Sequence record: KY794643.1
Direction: 5' to 3' (one strand)
Source of the DNA: Staphylococcus phage vB_Sau_S24
Length of the DNA stretch: 64,000 bases
Positions 38,310-46,433 of this stretch are shown here, one piece after another; positions within the stretch are counted from its first letter, which is position 1, and each line of letters opens with the position of its first letter. The notes below the pieces were generated by a model. The model saw only the letters and a list, made by a program, of their open reading frames with translations, did no database searches and was not told the DNA's origin. A program made the translations under genes and the position numbers.

Positions 38310-38596
38310 TGATTAAAATATTTATCGGGAAGCGGGATTATAAATATACTTTAGAAGCGGTATTGAGGTTTATTAAAAATAAGTCTGAAAGAGAGTTTAC
38401 CTATAGTACAAGTGATATGGTTGGTGTAGATGTATATGTATACGTAACTGAGTTATTTAGTAGTAGTCGTATTAGAGAGCACTCAGAAGAATTACCACAG
38501 GATATAATTGTACATATTGCAGACGGTTTAGGTATATATGTAGATGGTGAGATAGTGTCTATTGATGAACTTGAAGATTATATAGAGAGGATGTAA
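38309..38596 (+). CDS. ~100-aa paralogous family, tandem copy 6
   Basis: MIKIFIGKRDYKYTLEAVLRFIKNKSEREFTYSTSDMVGVDVYVYV. Confidence 0.6.
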   Translation: MIKIFIGKRDYKYTLEAVLRFIKNKSEREFTYSTSDMVGVDVYVYVTELFSSSRIREHSEELPQDIIVHIADGLGIYVDGEIVSIDELEDYIERM

Positions 38597-38599
38597 TGG

Positions 38600-38851
38600 A
38601 TGTATTCAAATAGTGTTTATAAGATACCTAAGTATAACGTATATCATAATCCATCTAAGAAAATAATAAAAGAAGATATTGATATAAGAGAATTAGTTCA
38701 TTTATTATTTACTATGCACGAAAAAAACATTATAAAGGTATACCCTATGGATTATGGTCTTTCTCTTTTAACTATTCATGTACAGGAATTAATTAAGGAT
38801 GTTGAAGCGGAAGGAAATATAATTATCAATAGAACAATATCGAGTATATAG
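38600..38851 (+). CDS. ~80-aa paralogous family B, tandem copy 1 of 3
   Basis: Shared pattern: ...Y(T/N)VYH.....K(T/V)I...L......L.......(D/N)I.KVYP.DY... as in the copies at 38930 and 39191. Confidence 0.5.
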   Translation: MYSNSVYKIPKYNVYHNPSKKIIKEDIDIRELVHLLFTMHEKNIIKVYPMDYGLSLLTIHVQELIKDVEAEGNIIINRTISSI

Positions 38852-38905
38852 GATAGGATAGGATAGGATAGGATGAAAATAACTTAGGATGCTTAGGATG
38901 AAATA
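38851..38905. repeat. short tandem repeat: five units of GGATA followed by two TTAGGATG units in an intergenic spacer
   Basis: ATAGGATAGGATAGGATAGGATAGGATG...CTTAGGATGCTTAGGATG. Confidence 0.8.
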
Positions 38906-38929
38906 CGATAAGATAGGAGGATGTAATAA

Positions 38930-39178
38930 ATGTTTAATGTATATTATACAGTTTACCATAGACAAAGTATGAAGACGATTAAAGATTATTTAAGTAGGAG
39001 TGATTTAATTGAATTCTTATATGAGACTTGGAATAAGGATATAAGTAAGGTATACCCAACAGATTATACTACGTATGAAACAAAATTCTGTATAGACATA
39101 GACCTAGATAGATTAATTGAAGCGGTTAATGAAGAAGGTATACTACTTATCAACCGTGGTTATGATGCAGAGTTGTAG
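38930..39178 (+). CDS. family B, tandem copy 2
   Basis: MFNVYYTVYHRQSMKTIKDYLSRSDLIEFLYETWNKDISKVYPTDY...LLINRGYDAEL. Confidence 0.5.
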   Translation: MFNVYYTVYHRQSMKTIKDYLSRSDLIEFLYETWNKDISKVYPTDYTTYETKFCIDIDLDRLIEAVNEEGILLINRGYDAEL

Positions 39179-39190
39179 GAGGAGATAAAT

Positions 39191-39427
39191 ATGAATCAGT
39201 TTTTCACGTATACAGTGTATCATCAAGAATCAGGTAAAGTAGTAGCTAAGGATTTGTTTGATGCATCATTGGTGCACCTTATTAACAAGATGATAGAGGA
39301 AGATTTAGTTAAGGATATAGAATTATCTGACTATAGTATTTCTAATGGGGATATAGCTGTACTTAGTCTAATAAAGGCTATAGAATCACAAGGTGTATTT
39401 CTATTCAAACGTAAGATACATGGATAG
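39191..39427 (+). CDS. family B, tandem copy 3
   Basis: MNQFFTYTVYHQESGKVVAKDLFDASLVHLINKMIEEDLVKDIELSDY...VFLFKRKIHG. Confidence 0.5.
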   Translation: MNQFFTYTVYHQESGKVVAKDLFDASLVHLINKMIEEDLVKDIELSDYSISNGDIAVLSLIKAIESQGVFLFKRKIHG

Positions 39428-39600
39428 GATGTTGACAAATCGTAGAGAGGGCTTAAGTAGTCCTCTCTTATTTAGGTTAGAATGTTGACTAAGTAGCTCC
39501 CTTGTTTTTAGGTTAGAATGTTGTCTAAGTAGTTCCCTGTATTTACAAGTAGCTCTCGATTTTTTGATATAGTTGTAAGTAGCTCCCTCTTATTTCCCCT
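39425..39600. repeat. four degenerate direct repeats of about 35-45 bp (GTTG(A/T)C(A/T)AAGTAGCTCCCT..TTT..); candidate left boundary of the long terminal repeat
   Basis: GTTGACAAATCGTAGAGAGGGCTTAAGTAGTCCTCTCTTATTTAGGTTAGAAT / GTTGACTAAGTAGCTCCCTTGTTTTTAGGTTAGAAT / GTTGTCTAAGTAGTTCCCTGTATTT / GTTGTAAGTAGCTCCCTCTTATTT. Confidence 0.6.
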
Positions 39601-39677
39601 AGTTTATCCCAACCGCTTCAAGCAGACCGCAAAAAGAATCCCCAGGAATTATATTCCCAGGGATTTCTATAATTTTT

Positions 39678-40016
39678 TTATAGAATATTTATAACATTAT
39701 ATTCAAATTGATTTACTTCATGTTTTGATTTAATTAAATTTTTAATTAATCCATTTTGTGTTTTGTACGATTTAATTAACTTTTCATTTTCTATAATTAA
39801 ATTATTGAATTCTTTTTCTGTTGTTTCTTCATCTACATAAAATCTACTTTCATATATTTCATAATATTTTTTATCTGTACCACAATCTAAATCATCTGAA
39901 ATTTGATAATTTTTGAATACAATTTCAGTAGATTCTAATTCATTTTGAATTAATTCTGTTTTTGCATATTGTAACACGTCTTCATTTTCCCACATTGGAA
40001 TATAGTTTATTTTCAT
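39678..40016 (-). CDS. hypothetical protein (112 aa) on the opposite strand to the rest of the LTR genes
   Basis: Clean ORF with a weak RBS. Sits just after the left-boundary repeats. Confidence 0.45.
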   Translation of the reverse strand: MKINYIPMWENEDVLQYAKTELIQNELESTEIVFKNYQISDDLDCGTDKKYYEIYESRFYVDEETTEKEFNNLIIENEKLIKSYKTQNGLIKNLIKSKHEVNQFEYNVINIL

Positions 40017-40327
40017 TTAAATCAAATCCTTTTCTTATAATTTTTTTATATAATTTCTGTAGAAACGGTTGGGGGTTTGTCCCTTGCCTTACTACACTTA
40101 ATATATTACAGTATAGTTATTCAGAAGTCAATACTTTTGAATAACTTTTTTTAAATTCTTTTTTCTTCCATATAATAGTAGTTTTTAGCCCTAAAAATGT
40201 TTTTAAATAAATTTTAAAAAACCTATTGACTTATTAATCATATGGTAGTAATATAAAGGTACAGCAAGGGAACAGCAACAAGATATTAGAATTATATAAA
40301 AAAATTATTTAATTGGAGCTGATTTAA

Positions 40328-40636
40328 ATGGAAATAAAAGAAATTGCAGATGCTATTATGGAGTTGTGGCAGATGGACGGGTACAAATGTTCAGAACCTC
40401 CACTATATGAAAGCACAATCAATCACACACGCAAATATACGGCTTTAATCGTTTCTATTAAAGGAAACTATGAAACTGTTCAGATGTTCCGTAAAACGCC
40501 TTTAATGAGCTTGAGAGGGCAAAGCCAACCGGCTAGCATGTTGGTTAATGTAATTGAAGATGTGATTATAATCGTATATGAAAATACGGTTTACGGTGTG
40601 AAAGATAAAGAAATAAAATTTATTGAAGAAATTTAA
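40328..40636 (+). CDS. LTR early-type gene, hypothetical (102 aa)
   Basis: Promoter TTGACTTATTAATCATATGGTAGTAATAT upstream. RBS TTGGAGCTG. Confidence 0.5.
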   Translation: MEIKEIADAIMELWQMDGYKCSEPPLYESTINHTRKYTALIVSIKGNYETVQMFRKTPLMSLRGQSQPASMLVNVIEDVIIIVYENTVYGVKDKEIKFIEEI

Positions 40637-40840
40637 AAATAGGGGTTGCAATACCCCTTAAGATGTAGTAATATAATAGATGTAAGGGATAGCAACACAC
40701 CTTAAAAACTTTTTTAAAAAGTTAAAGAAAAGTGTTGACAACTTACAAGATACATGTTATTATTAAGATAACAAATAAGACAAGCCACATAGCAAATAAC
40801 GAAATTAAATAAAAAAATTATAGAATAGGATTTGATTATT

Positions 40841-41101
40841 ATGACAAACACAAACAAACAATTTAAAAGATTTGAAGATATGGTAGCAGACAAATTGGAA
40901 ATTTTGAAAAATGTTGATATTGATAATATTGAAGAATTTGAATATAATGAAATTATGGGGGTTACGATTGAATTAACTACAATGATTTTTACAACAAAGG
41001 AATTAACAGAAATTACAGAATCAGAAATTGAACAACATATTAAAAATGAAATTGGATTGACTATTGACGATTTACAACAATTAGAAAATAGTTTTTACTA
41101 A
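40841..41101 (+). CDS. LTR early-type gene, hypothetical (86 aa)
   Basis: Hairpin/promoter (GGGGTTGCAATACCCCTT ... TAATATAAT) followed by RBS ATAGGATTTG. Confidence 0.5.
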   Translation: MTNTNKQFKRFEDMVADKLEILKNVDIDNIEEFEYNEIMGVTIELTTMIFTTKELTEITESEIEQHIKNEIGLTIDDLQQLENSFY

Positions 41102-41217
41102 ATTTAAAAATAGGGCTTGCAAAAGCCCTAAAGATGTAGTAATATAATAGATGTAAGGAACACAAGCACACGGAACAGAAATTAAATAAAAAAATTATAG
41201 AATAGGATTTGATTAAT

Positions 41218-41691
41218 ATGACAAACTTAAACCAATTGAAAGCAATTAAAGTTTCACACCTAGACACTGAGAACAGAAAAACAGTAAGCTACATTTCACA
41301 TGAACAGTTTAAAACTAGCTTTGTAGACGAACGTTGGAAAGGTGAAAGACGTACGAATAACAAATATACTATCTTTGGTTATTACCACACTAAAACAACA
41401 GTTACAAGCCCTAGCGGTAGCCAATCAGTGAGAATGTTCGAATTCCCAGATACTCACGAAGAAGCGGAACTAAACCACCGCAAATACACAAACGACAATG
41501 AAGCACGCTATAGAATTGAACATAGTAACAGTGATGTAAAAACTTTATGGTTACTAGCTAAAAACGGAATTATGAGTTATCAAACTGTACGCAATATATT
41601 TAAAAATGAATCTGATAACTTTATTATCTTCAATAGTAAAAGAACTTATAATAAATTTATGGAAAACAGATACAATAGAAGTTTAGTATAA
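41218..41691 (+). CDS. LTR early-type gene, hypothetical (157 aa)
   Basis: Terminator/promoter TAGGGCTTGCAAAAGCCCTA..TAATATAAT upstream. Confidence 0.55.
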   Translation: MTNLNQLKAIKVSHLDTENRKTVSYISHEQFKTSFVDERWKGERRTNNKYTIFGYYHTKTTVTSPSGSQSVRMFEFPDTHEEAELNHRKYTNDNEARYRIEHSNSDVKTLWLLAKNGIMSYQTVRNIFKNESDNFIIFNSKRTYNKFMENRYNRSLV

Positions 41692-41729
41692 TAGTATAAA
41701 AAAATTATAAAAAAGGAAGTTGATTAATT

Positions 41730-41909
41730 ATGTTTAGAATTAAAATAGATACAAATAAATTAGAAGGTAAAGCATATAAAGAATTTATAGAATTTACAAA
41801 AAATCAAAATTATAATATATATTATAATAATGGAATATTAGATACTTGCATAGATAGTATGGAGGAATTAAATTTATATCCGAATTTAAAACCATATGTA
41901 ATTAAATAA
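41730..41909 (+). CDS. small hypothetical protein (59 aa)
   Basis: RBS AAAAAGGAAGTTGATTAATT precedes the ATG. Followed by hairpin CCCTAGG-attaaatt-CCTAGGG and a T-run. Confidence 0.4.
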   Translation: MFRIKIDTNKLEGKAYKEFIEFTKNQNYNIYYNNGILDTCIDSMEELNLYPNLKPYVIK

Positions 41910-42011
41910 AAAAATTATAGAATTCCCTAGGATTAAATTCCTAGGGATTTTTATTTGTTTCAATTTATATAAAAAAATTATTTAATAAAAAAATTAGTGT
42001 AAAATTGACTG

Positions 42012-42041
42012 TTGACAAGAATATATTTTTTATGGTATAAT
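42012..42041 (+). promoter_or_regulatory. strong promoter TTGACA-N18-TATAAT driving a non-coding element (copy A)
   Basis: GTTGACAAGAATATATTTTTTATGGTATAATGAAG. Confidence 0.55.
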
Positions 42042-42047
42042 GAAGTG

Positions 42048-42330
42048 AAGACCTTTTTTAGTATAAAAATATTATTATATAAAAAATTTATATTAAATGG
42101 TTTTAAAGCCCCTCTTTCTCCCCACCTTGTCATATTTATAGTGGAAGGGTTAGGCGGGTTACCACTGTTTTACTTTCTATATATAGTATACTATGAATAA
42201 CGGTAATTGTCAACACCTTTCAGAAACTTTTTTTACTTTCTTTTATTATTATATAAAAAAATTATATATAAAAAAAGGCTCCAATTCCATTATATAATAA
42301 TTCGGACTTATTGTCAATACTTTTATTAAA
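42048..42330 (+). ncRNA. candidate non-coding transcript, copy A (no credible ORF; conserved 5' end of about 70 nt plus a C-rich tract)
   Basis: Shares ATAATGAAGTGA(A/T)GAC..TTTTTT(AG/CG)TATAAAAATA(A)TATTATATAAAAAA(A)TT(A)TAT with 44020-44090. Has no RBS and no conserved reading frame. Confidence 0.3.
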
Positions 42331-42421
42331 AAAAGTTTTTTAAATTAATTTCAATAAATCTATTGACTTATCTTTTATTATCCTTTAATATATAGGTATA
42401 CCAACAAGGGAGGTAATACAA

Positions 42422-42580
42422 ATGCTAAAATTCAAATGGAAAAACAAAACAATTAAATCAACTCAAAAAACAGATAACATTCTTTTACTTATTATAGGTG
42501 GTTTAGTTGCAACAGTCACACCTAAACTTGTAAATTGGTTTTTACTACTACAAGATAACATAAACATTTTTATTAAATAA
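42422..42580 (+). CDS. small membrane peptide (52 aa)
   Basis: Promoter TTGACTTATCTTTTATTAT upstream. RBS CAAGGGAGGTAATACAA. Confidence 0.4.
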   Translation: MLKFKWKNKTIKSTQKTDNILLLIIGGLVATVTPKLVNWFLLLQDNINIFIK

Positions 42581-42653
42581 GTGTTGACAACTTAGAAATT
42601 ACATGTTAATATTAAGATAACAAATAAAACAACTGAAAAGGAATTGATTAATT

Positions 42654-42962
42654 ATGAAAAACTTACAAAACTTGAAATTTTACTCTTACAGTGGATTTGA
42701 AAGCCCTGAATTACTAGCAATCGGATTTGACAACTTAATAAAAGATTTAACTGTAGAAAGCAATTATCTAGGTGATGTAACAGACGATACTATAGATGAA
42801 TTAAAAGATTGGTTGGATTTGTTTGATACTATTGAAGAAATGCAACAACACCATGAGAATGTAATCAACGGAATTTGGATAAACCCAACATATGAAAATT
42901 TAAAAGATTTTAATTTATCTGTTGGACTTGATGAAAATGATTATATAGAAAGTTTTAAATAA
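42654..42962 (+). CDS. LTR early-type gene, hypothetical (102 aa)
   Basis: Promoter GTGTTGACAACTTAGAAATTACATGTTAATATT upstream. RBS AAAAGGAATTG. Confidence 0.5.
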   Translation: MKNLQNLKFYSYSGFESPELLAIGFDNLIKDLTVESNYLGDVTDDTIDELKDWLDLFDTIEEMQQHHENVINGIWINPTYENLKDFNLSVGLDENDYIESFK

Positions 42963-43124
42963 GTGTTGACAATCTAGAAATTACATGTTATTATTAAGGT
43001 ACAAGGTAAGGGAAGCGGTTGACCGCTTCCAACCTAGTAAAAAAAGTTTTAAAAAACTATTGACAGTCACTTGAAACCATGATATTATTAAGATAACAAA
43101 TAAACAGAAAAGGAATTGATTATA

Positions 43125-43451
43125 ATGAAATTTATCAAAACTATCGAAAACTTATTAGAAAAAGCCGAAAACAAAGGGGAAGCAATTTTAAATGGTCGTA
43201 TGAACATGGGTTGGGGAATGTCTGGAGGACTTGAAGAAAAATATGCAATTGAGATTGACGGTAATAAATTAGTTATGAGACATTGGGGAACACAAACAAT
43301 TGAGATTGACTTAAGCATGAAAGAGATTGTTTCATACTATGGAGAGTCTAACAGTGATAGAGATAGCCTAAACACGCTCGTATATTGCCTAGGGATTGCA
43401 CCAAACTTCCGTTACTTGCCTAGCAAAGATTTATTCATTTACGAAAATTAA
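43125..43451 (+). CDS. LTR early-type gene, hypothetical (108 aa)
   Basis: Two promoters upstream (42965, 43058). RBS AAAAGGAATTG. Confidence 0.5.
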   Translation: MKFIKTIENLLEKAENKGEAILNGRMNMGWGMSGGLEEKYAIEIDGNKLVMRHWGTQTIEIDLSMKEIVSYYGESNSDRDSLNTLVYCLGIAPNFRYLPSKDLFIYEN

Positions 43452-43530
43452 TTAAATAAAGGGCTTGACTTCCAAGCCCTAGCATGATATACTTGTATTA
43501 ACAAATCAAAGAGAAAAGGAATTGATGAAA

Positions 43531-43932
43531 ATGTTCAAATTACAAAATAAAGTGGAAATTATCGTACCTAAGGAAGATAACAACGGTGTTGAGATTGACG
43601 ACTTAGCAATTCGTGAATCATTAGAAAATATCACTAAAATATGTGGAGGTTGTACTACTACAGACGTTAAAGGTCAATGGTATTCAGACAATGAACAACG
43701 TATCATGCAAGACAATAACACTAACCTTGAATGGTACTATAATAAGGCTATGGAGGACGTGAACGACCAACAAGGGCTATTAAAAGGCTTATCAGATATT
43801 ACTAGAATTCTAATCACTGAGTACGGTCAAGAAGGCATTAGCATTAAAATTAATGGTACACTATATATCATTGATGAAAGTGATTTAAATTTCTTATCTT
43901 ATGAATTATACGCTTTAATGTTTAAAAATTAA
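43531..43932 (+). CDS. LTR early-type gene, hypothetical (133 aa)
   Basis: Terminator/promoter AGGGCTTGACTTCCAAGCCCT upstream. RBS GAAAAGGAATTG. An alternative ATG lies at 43525. Confidence 0.5.
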   Translation: MFKLQNKVEIIVPKEDNNGVEIDDLAIRESLENITKICGGCTTTDVKGQWYSDNEQRIMQDNNTNLEWYYNKAMEDVNDQQGLLKGLSDITRILITEYGQEGISIKINGTLYIIDESDLNFLSYELYALMFKN

Positions 43933-43999
43933 ATAAAAAATTTATATAAACCGCTTCGGATTAAATTCTTGAAGCGGTTATTTTCTTTTAAATTAGGGC

Positions 44000-44028
44000 T
44001 TGACAAATGTACGAAAAAATGAGATAAT
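44000..44028 (+). promoter_or_regulatory. promoter TTGACA-N17-GATAAT driving copy B of the non-coding element
   Basis: GCTTGACAAATGTACGAAAAAATGAGATAATGAAG. Confidence 0.5.
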
Positions 44029-44034
44029 GAAGTG

Positions 44035-44170
44035 ATGACTTTTTTTCGTATAAAAATAATATTATATAAAAAAATTATATAAATGAATTTAGTTCGGCTC
44101 TTTCCCGATACCCCTCTTGGGCATCTCTGGTATCTCTACAATTATTATTATACTATGAGTAAGGGAAAAG
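44035..44170 (+). ncRNA. candidate non-coding transcript, copy B (5' region conserved with copy A; runs antisense into the HNH gene)
   Basis: Sequence matches 42046-42110. The downstream flank (44730-44800) matches 42330-42400, which suggests an HNH insertion into a duplicated unit. Confidence 0.25.
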
Positions 44171-44171
44171 G

Positions 44172-44666
44172 TCAACCCTTTCCCTTAAATTCTTTTAAAA
44201 TATATTTTACAGAGTCTAAACTTAAATTATATTCCTTTGCTAGCATTGGCATGGTATACTTATATGGTTTATACTTTTGTTGTATTTCTTTGATTTCTTT
44301 TTGTGTTGGTGCTTTACCTCTTTTGTATCTAAAATCATCAGTTTTATTGTGGTGTGTGGTGTGTTCTAATGGGCTAATACATTCTAGGTTATCAATACAG
44401 TTATTTTGTTTATTACCGTCTATATGGTGGATATGGTAGTCTTTGTTGAAGTCTGTTCCAAAATACTCATATACAAGCCTATGCACTCTGATATTTCTTT
44501 TTGCTATCCTAACTGTTGAATACCCTTTTTTAGTTGCAGAATGTTTTAAAATACGCTCTTTTCCTTTGATGTTACTTTTAACAATACCATTACTAGAAAC
44601 ATAATATTTATTATTTTCATTAGATAATTTTTTTATAAGTTTCCAAATTTCTTTTATTTCTTTCAT
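44172..44666 (-). CDS. HNH homing endonuclease with an AP2/HNH_3-type N-terminal DNA-binding domain
   Basis: HNH motif (YHIHHIDGNKQNNCIDNLECISPLEHTTHH) plus an N-terminal NGIVKSNIKGKERILK...VHRLVYEYFG segment. RBS AGGAGGAATATT. Confidence 0.8.
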   Translation of the reverse strand: MKEIKEIWKLIKKLSNENNKYYVSSNGIVKSNIKGKERILKHSATKKGYSTVRIAKRNIRVHRLVYEYFGTDFNKDYHIHHIDGNKQNNCIDNLECISPLEHTTHHNKTDDFRYKRGKAPTQKEIKEIQQKYKPYKYTMPMLAKEYNLSLDSVKYILKEFKGKG

Positions 44667-44926
44667 ATAATATTCCTCCTAGTTTTTGATTCTCTCTTTT
44701 ATTATATAATAATTTGCCCCCAATGTCAAGAACTTTCTTCAAAATAATTTATTTAAAAAAGTTTCATAAATCTATTGACTTATCTTTTATTATAGTGTAA
44801 TATATAGAGTGTAATAAGGAAGCGGAACACTTAAAAAAAGAAATTAAAAAACTTTTAAAAAAGTGTTGACAAACTTCCAACCACATGTTATTATTAATAT
44901 ATACTAAAGAAAAGGAAATGATAATT

Positions 44927-45181
44927 ATGAAAAAAACATTCGAGCAAGCTTTAAACCACGCACAAGAGGAAATCAGACAAGGCAACTTAGGGGAAACAAT
45001 TGTAACGCTTCAAATAGCATTAAGAAGCAAAGGAATTGTCAAGGTAAGCCAGTTCATGTGTCACAGAAATATGGACGTTGAAACTTTCAAAAATAAAGCA
45101 ATCAAAAACATTTGGGAAAACTTTGAAACAAGCATTGAAGAGTCTGACCTAGAATTACCTTACACAGTGATTTGTAAATAA
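44927..45181 (+). CDS. LTR early-type gene, hypothetical (84 aa)
   Basis: Promoter+leader GTGTTGACAAACTTCCAACCACATGTTATTATTAATATATACTAAAGAAAAGGAAATGAT duplicated at 45375. Confidence 0.5.
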   Translation: MKKTFEQALNHAQEEIRQGNLGETIVTLQIALRSKGIVKVSQFMCHRNMDVETFKNKAIKNIWENFETSIEESDLELPYTVICK

Positions 45182-45255
45182 ATTAAATAAAGGGGTTGAC
45201 ATCCAACCCCTATCATGTTAATATTAGAGTATAAAGAAAAGGGAGGAAATACAAA

Positions 45256-45357
45256 ATGGCAAATTCAAACTTAGGCAACATTCAAAAAATGGCGGACAAA
45301 TTCATGCCACCTGCAGGCTATCCAAATAAGAAGAAAAAGCAAAGCAAAAAGAAATAA
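45256..45357 (+). CDS. tiny basic peptide (33 aa), a candidate only
   Basis: Has its own hairpin/promoter (GGGGTTGACATCCAACCCCT..TAATAT). RBS AAAGGGAGGAAATACAAA. Confidence 0.35.
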   Translation: MANSNLGNIQKMADKFMPPAGYPNKKKKQSKKK

Positions 45358-45436
45358 AAAAATCTAAATAAGGGGTTGACACTTAACCCCTTAGATGTTA
45401 TTATTAATATATACTAAAGAAAAGGAAATGATGACA

Positions 45437-45601
45437 ATGACAAAAACAATCAAACAATTAGAAAGCCAACTTGAAAGGCTAGAAAGAAAATCAGATGAGG
45501 AGTTAGCAAACGGATATTATGATTCATTTGAAAGAACATGTGCACAGATTAGAGAATTAGACCTACAAATCGAATTAAAAAAGAATTCAGAAACTGTTTA
45601 A
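45437..45601 (+). CDS. LTR early-type gene, hypothetical (54 aa)
   Basis: Same leader as the 44927 gene; ATG at the equivalent position. Confidence 0.45.
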   Translation: MTKTIKQLESQLERLERKSDEELANGYYDSFERTCAQIRELDLQIELKKNSETV

Positions 45602-45688
45602 AAAAATTAAATACAGGGCTTGACACTCAAGCCCTAAACCCTTATAATTAGAATTAACAAATAAAACAAATGAGAGGAATTGATAAAC

Positions 45689-45925
45689 ATGAAATTATTA
45701 AACCAAGAAAATCAAATCGTAATTAGCATAGTGACACTTGAGAGTGTCAAAAAAGCCCTAATTTGGGAGTACATCGACCACATAGACAATAACATCCTAG
45801 GCAATAAACTTTATGACACAGAAGCGGTTGTCATTACTTCTGAGACCTTGCAGTCAATCAAATTTGCAGAGACTATGGAAGACCTACAGGAATGCATTGC
45901 AGATATTAATTGGAAATTAGTTTAA
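45689..45925 (+). CDS. LTR early-type gene, hypothetical (78 aa)
   Basis: Hairpin/promoter AGGGCTTGACACTCAAGCCCT..TATAAT upstream. Confidence 0.5.
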   Translation: MKLLNQENQIVISIVTLESVKKALIWEYIDHIDNNILGNKLYDTEAVVITSETLQSIKFAETMEDLQECIADINWKLV

Positions 45926-46015
45926 AAAAGTTTTAAATAAGGTCTTGACTTCCAAGCCCTACAATGGTAATATTAAGGTAGTTAGAAAATACTAAATGAA
46001 AAGGAATTGATTATA

Positions 46016-46360
46016 ATGACAAACTTACTAAACACTATTGAAATGGATTTTGAATATAACGGAGTACAATTTGAGGGAAATTGGAAACATAATGCCTACA
46101 CTGTAGAGCTAACGCATAATGGAGTTACAGAAGAATTTGACTGGAAACAAGGCATGGGAATTTACGAAGAGCCTGAACTAGAAAGAATTTTAGAAAGCTT
46201 AATGCTAGATATTCATTACTATGAAGAAGATATCTATTCAATGTATGAGGACGAAGAACAGGCAGAAAAAATAATTGAGCAGTTAAAAGGGCAAACTAAA
46301 AAGGTAAATAAACTATTTACAGATGAGGAACAAGCAGAGCTAGTTGAATATTTTGAATAG
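46016..46360 (+). CDS. LTR early-type gene, acidic hypothetical (114 aa)
   Basis: Promoter TCTTGACTTCCAAGCCCTACAATGGTAATATT upstream. RBS AAAAGGAATTG. Confidence 0.5.
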   Translation: MTNLLNTIEMDFEYNGVQFEGNWKHNAYTVELTHNGVTEEFDWKQGMGIYEEPELERILESLMLDIHYYEEDIYSMYEDEEQAEKIIEQLKGQTKKVNKLFTDEEQAELVEYFE

Positions 46361-46433
46361 TACCAGGAAGCACACAGAGACACACAGAGAAGCTTAACCG
46401 CTTCTCTAATACAAATATTAGGAGATGTTGAAC

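Noticed and set aside
35202-44985. - strand ORFs 35202..35459, 36855..37142, 37277..37522, 41061..41267, 43088..43318 and 44764..44985, and + strand ORFs 39962..40144, 42012..42200 and 44083..44439
   Set aside because: They are antisense to, or overlap, better-supported genes or promoter regions. ORF 44083 is the antisense shadow of the HNH gene. ORF 42012 starts inside a promoter with no RBS and is better explained as a non-coding leader.
46371-46404. CACACAGAGA direct duplication followed by GCTTAACCGCTTC
   Set aside because: It is only two units and likely a local slippage duplication in a 3' UTR. I note it as one of the CCGCTTC copies rather than as a separate element.
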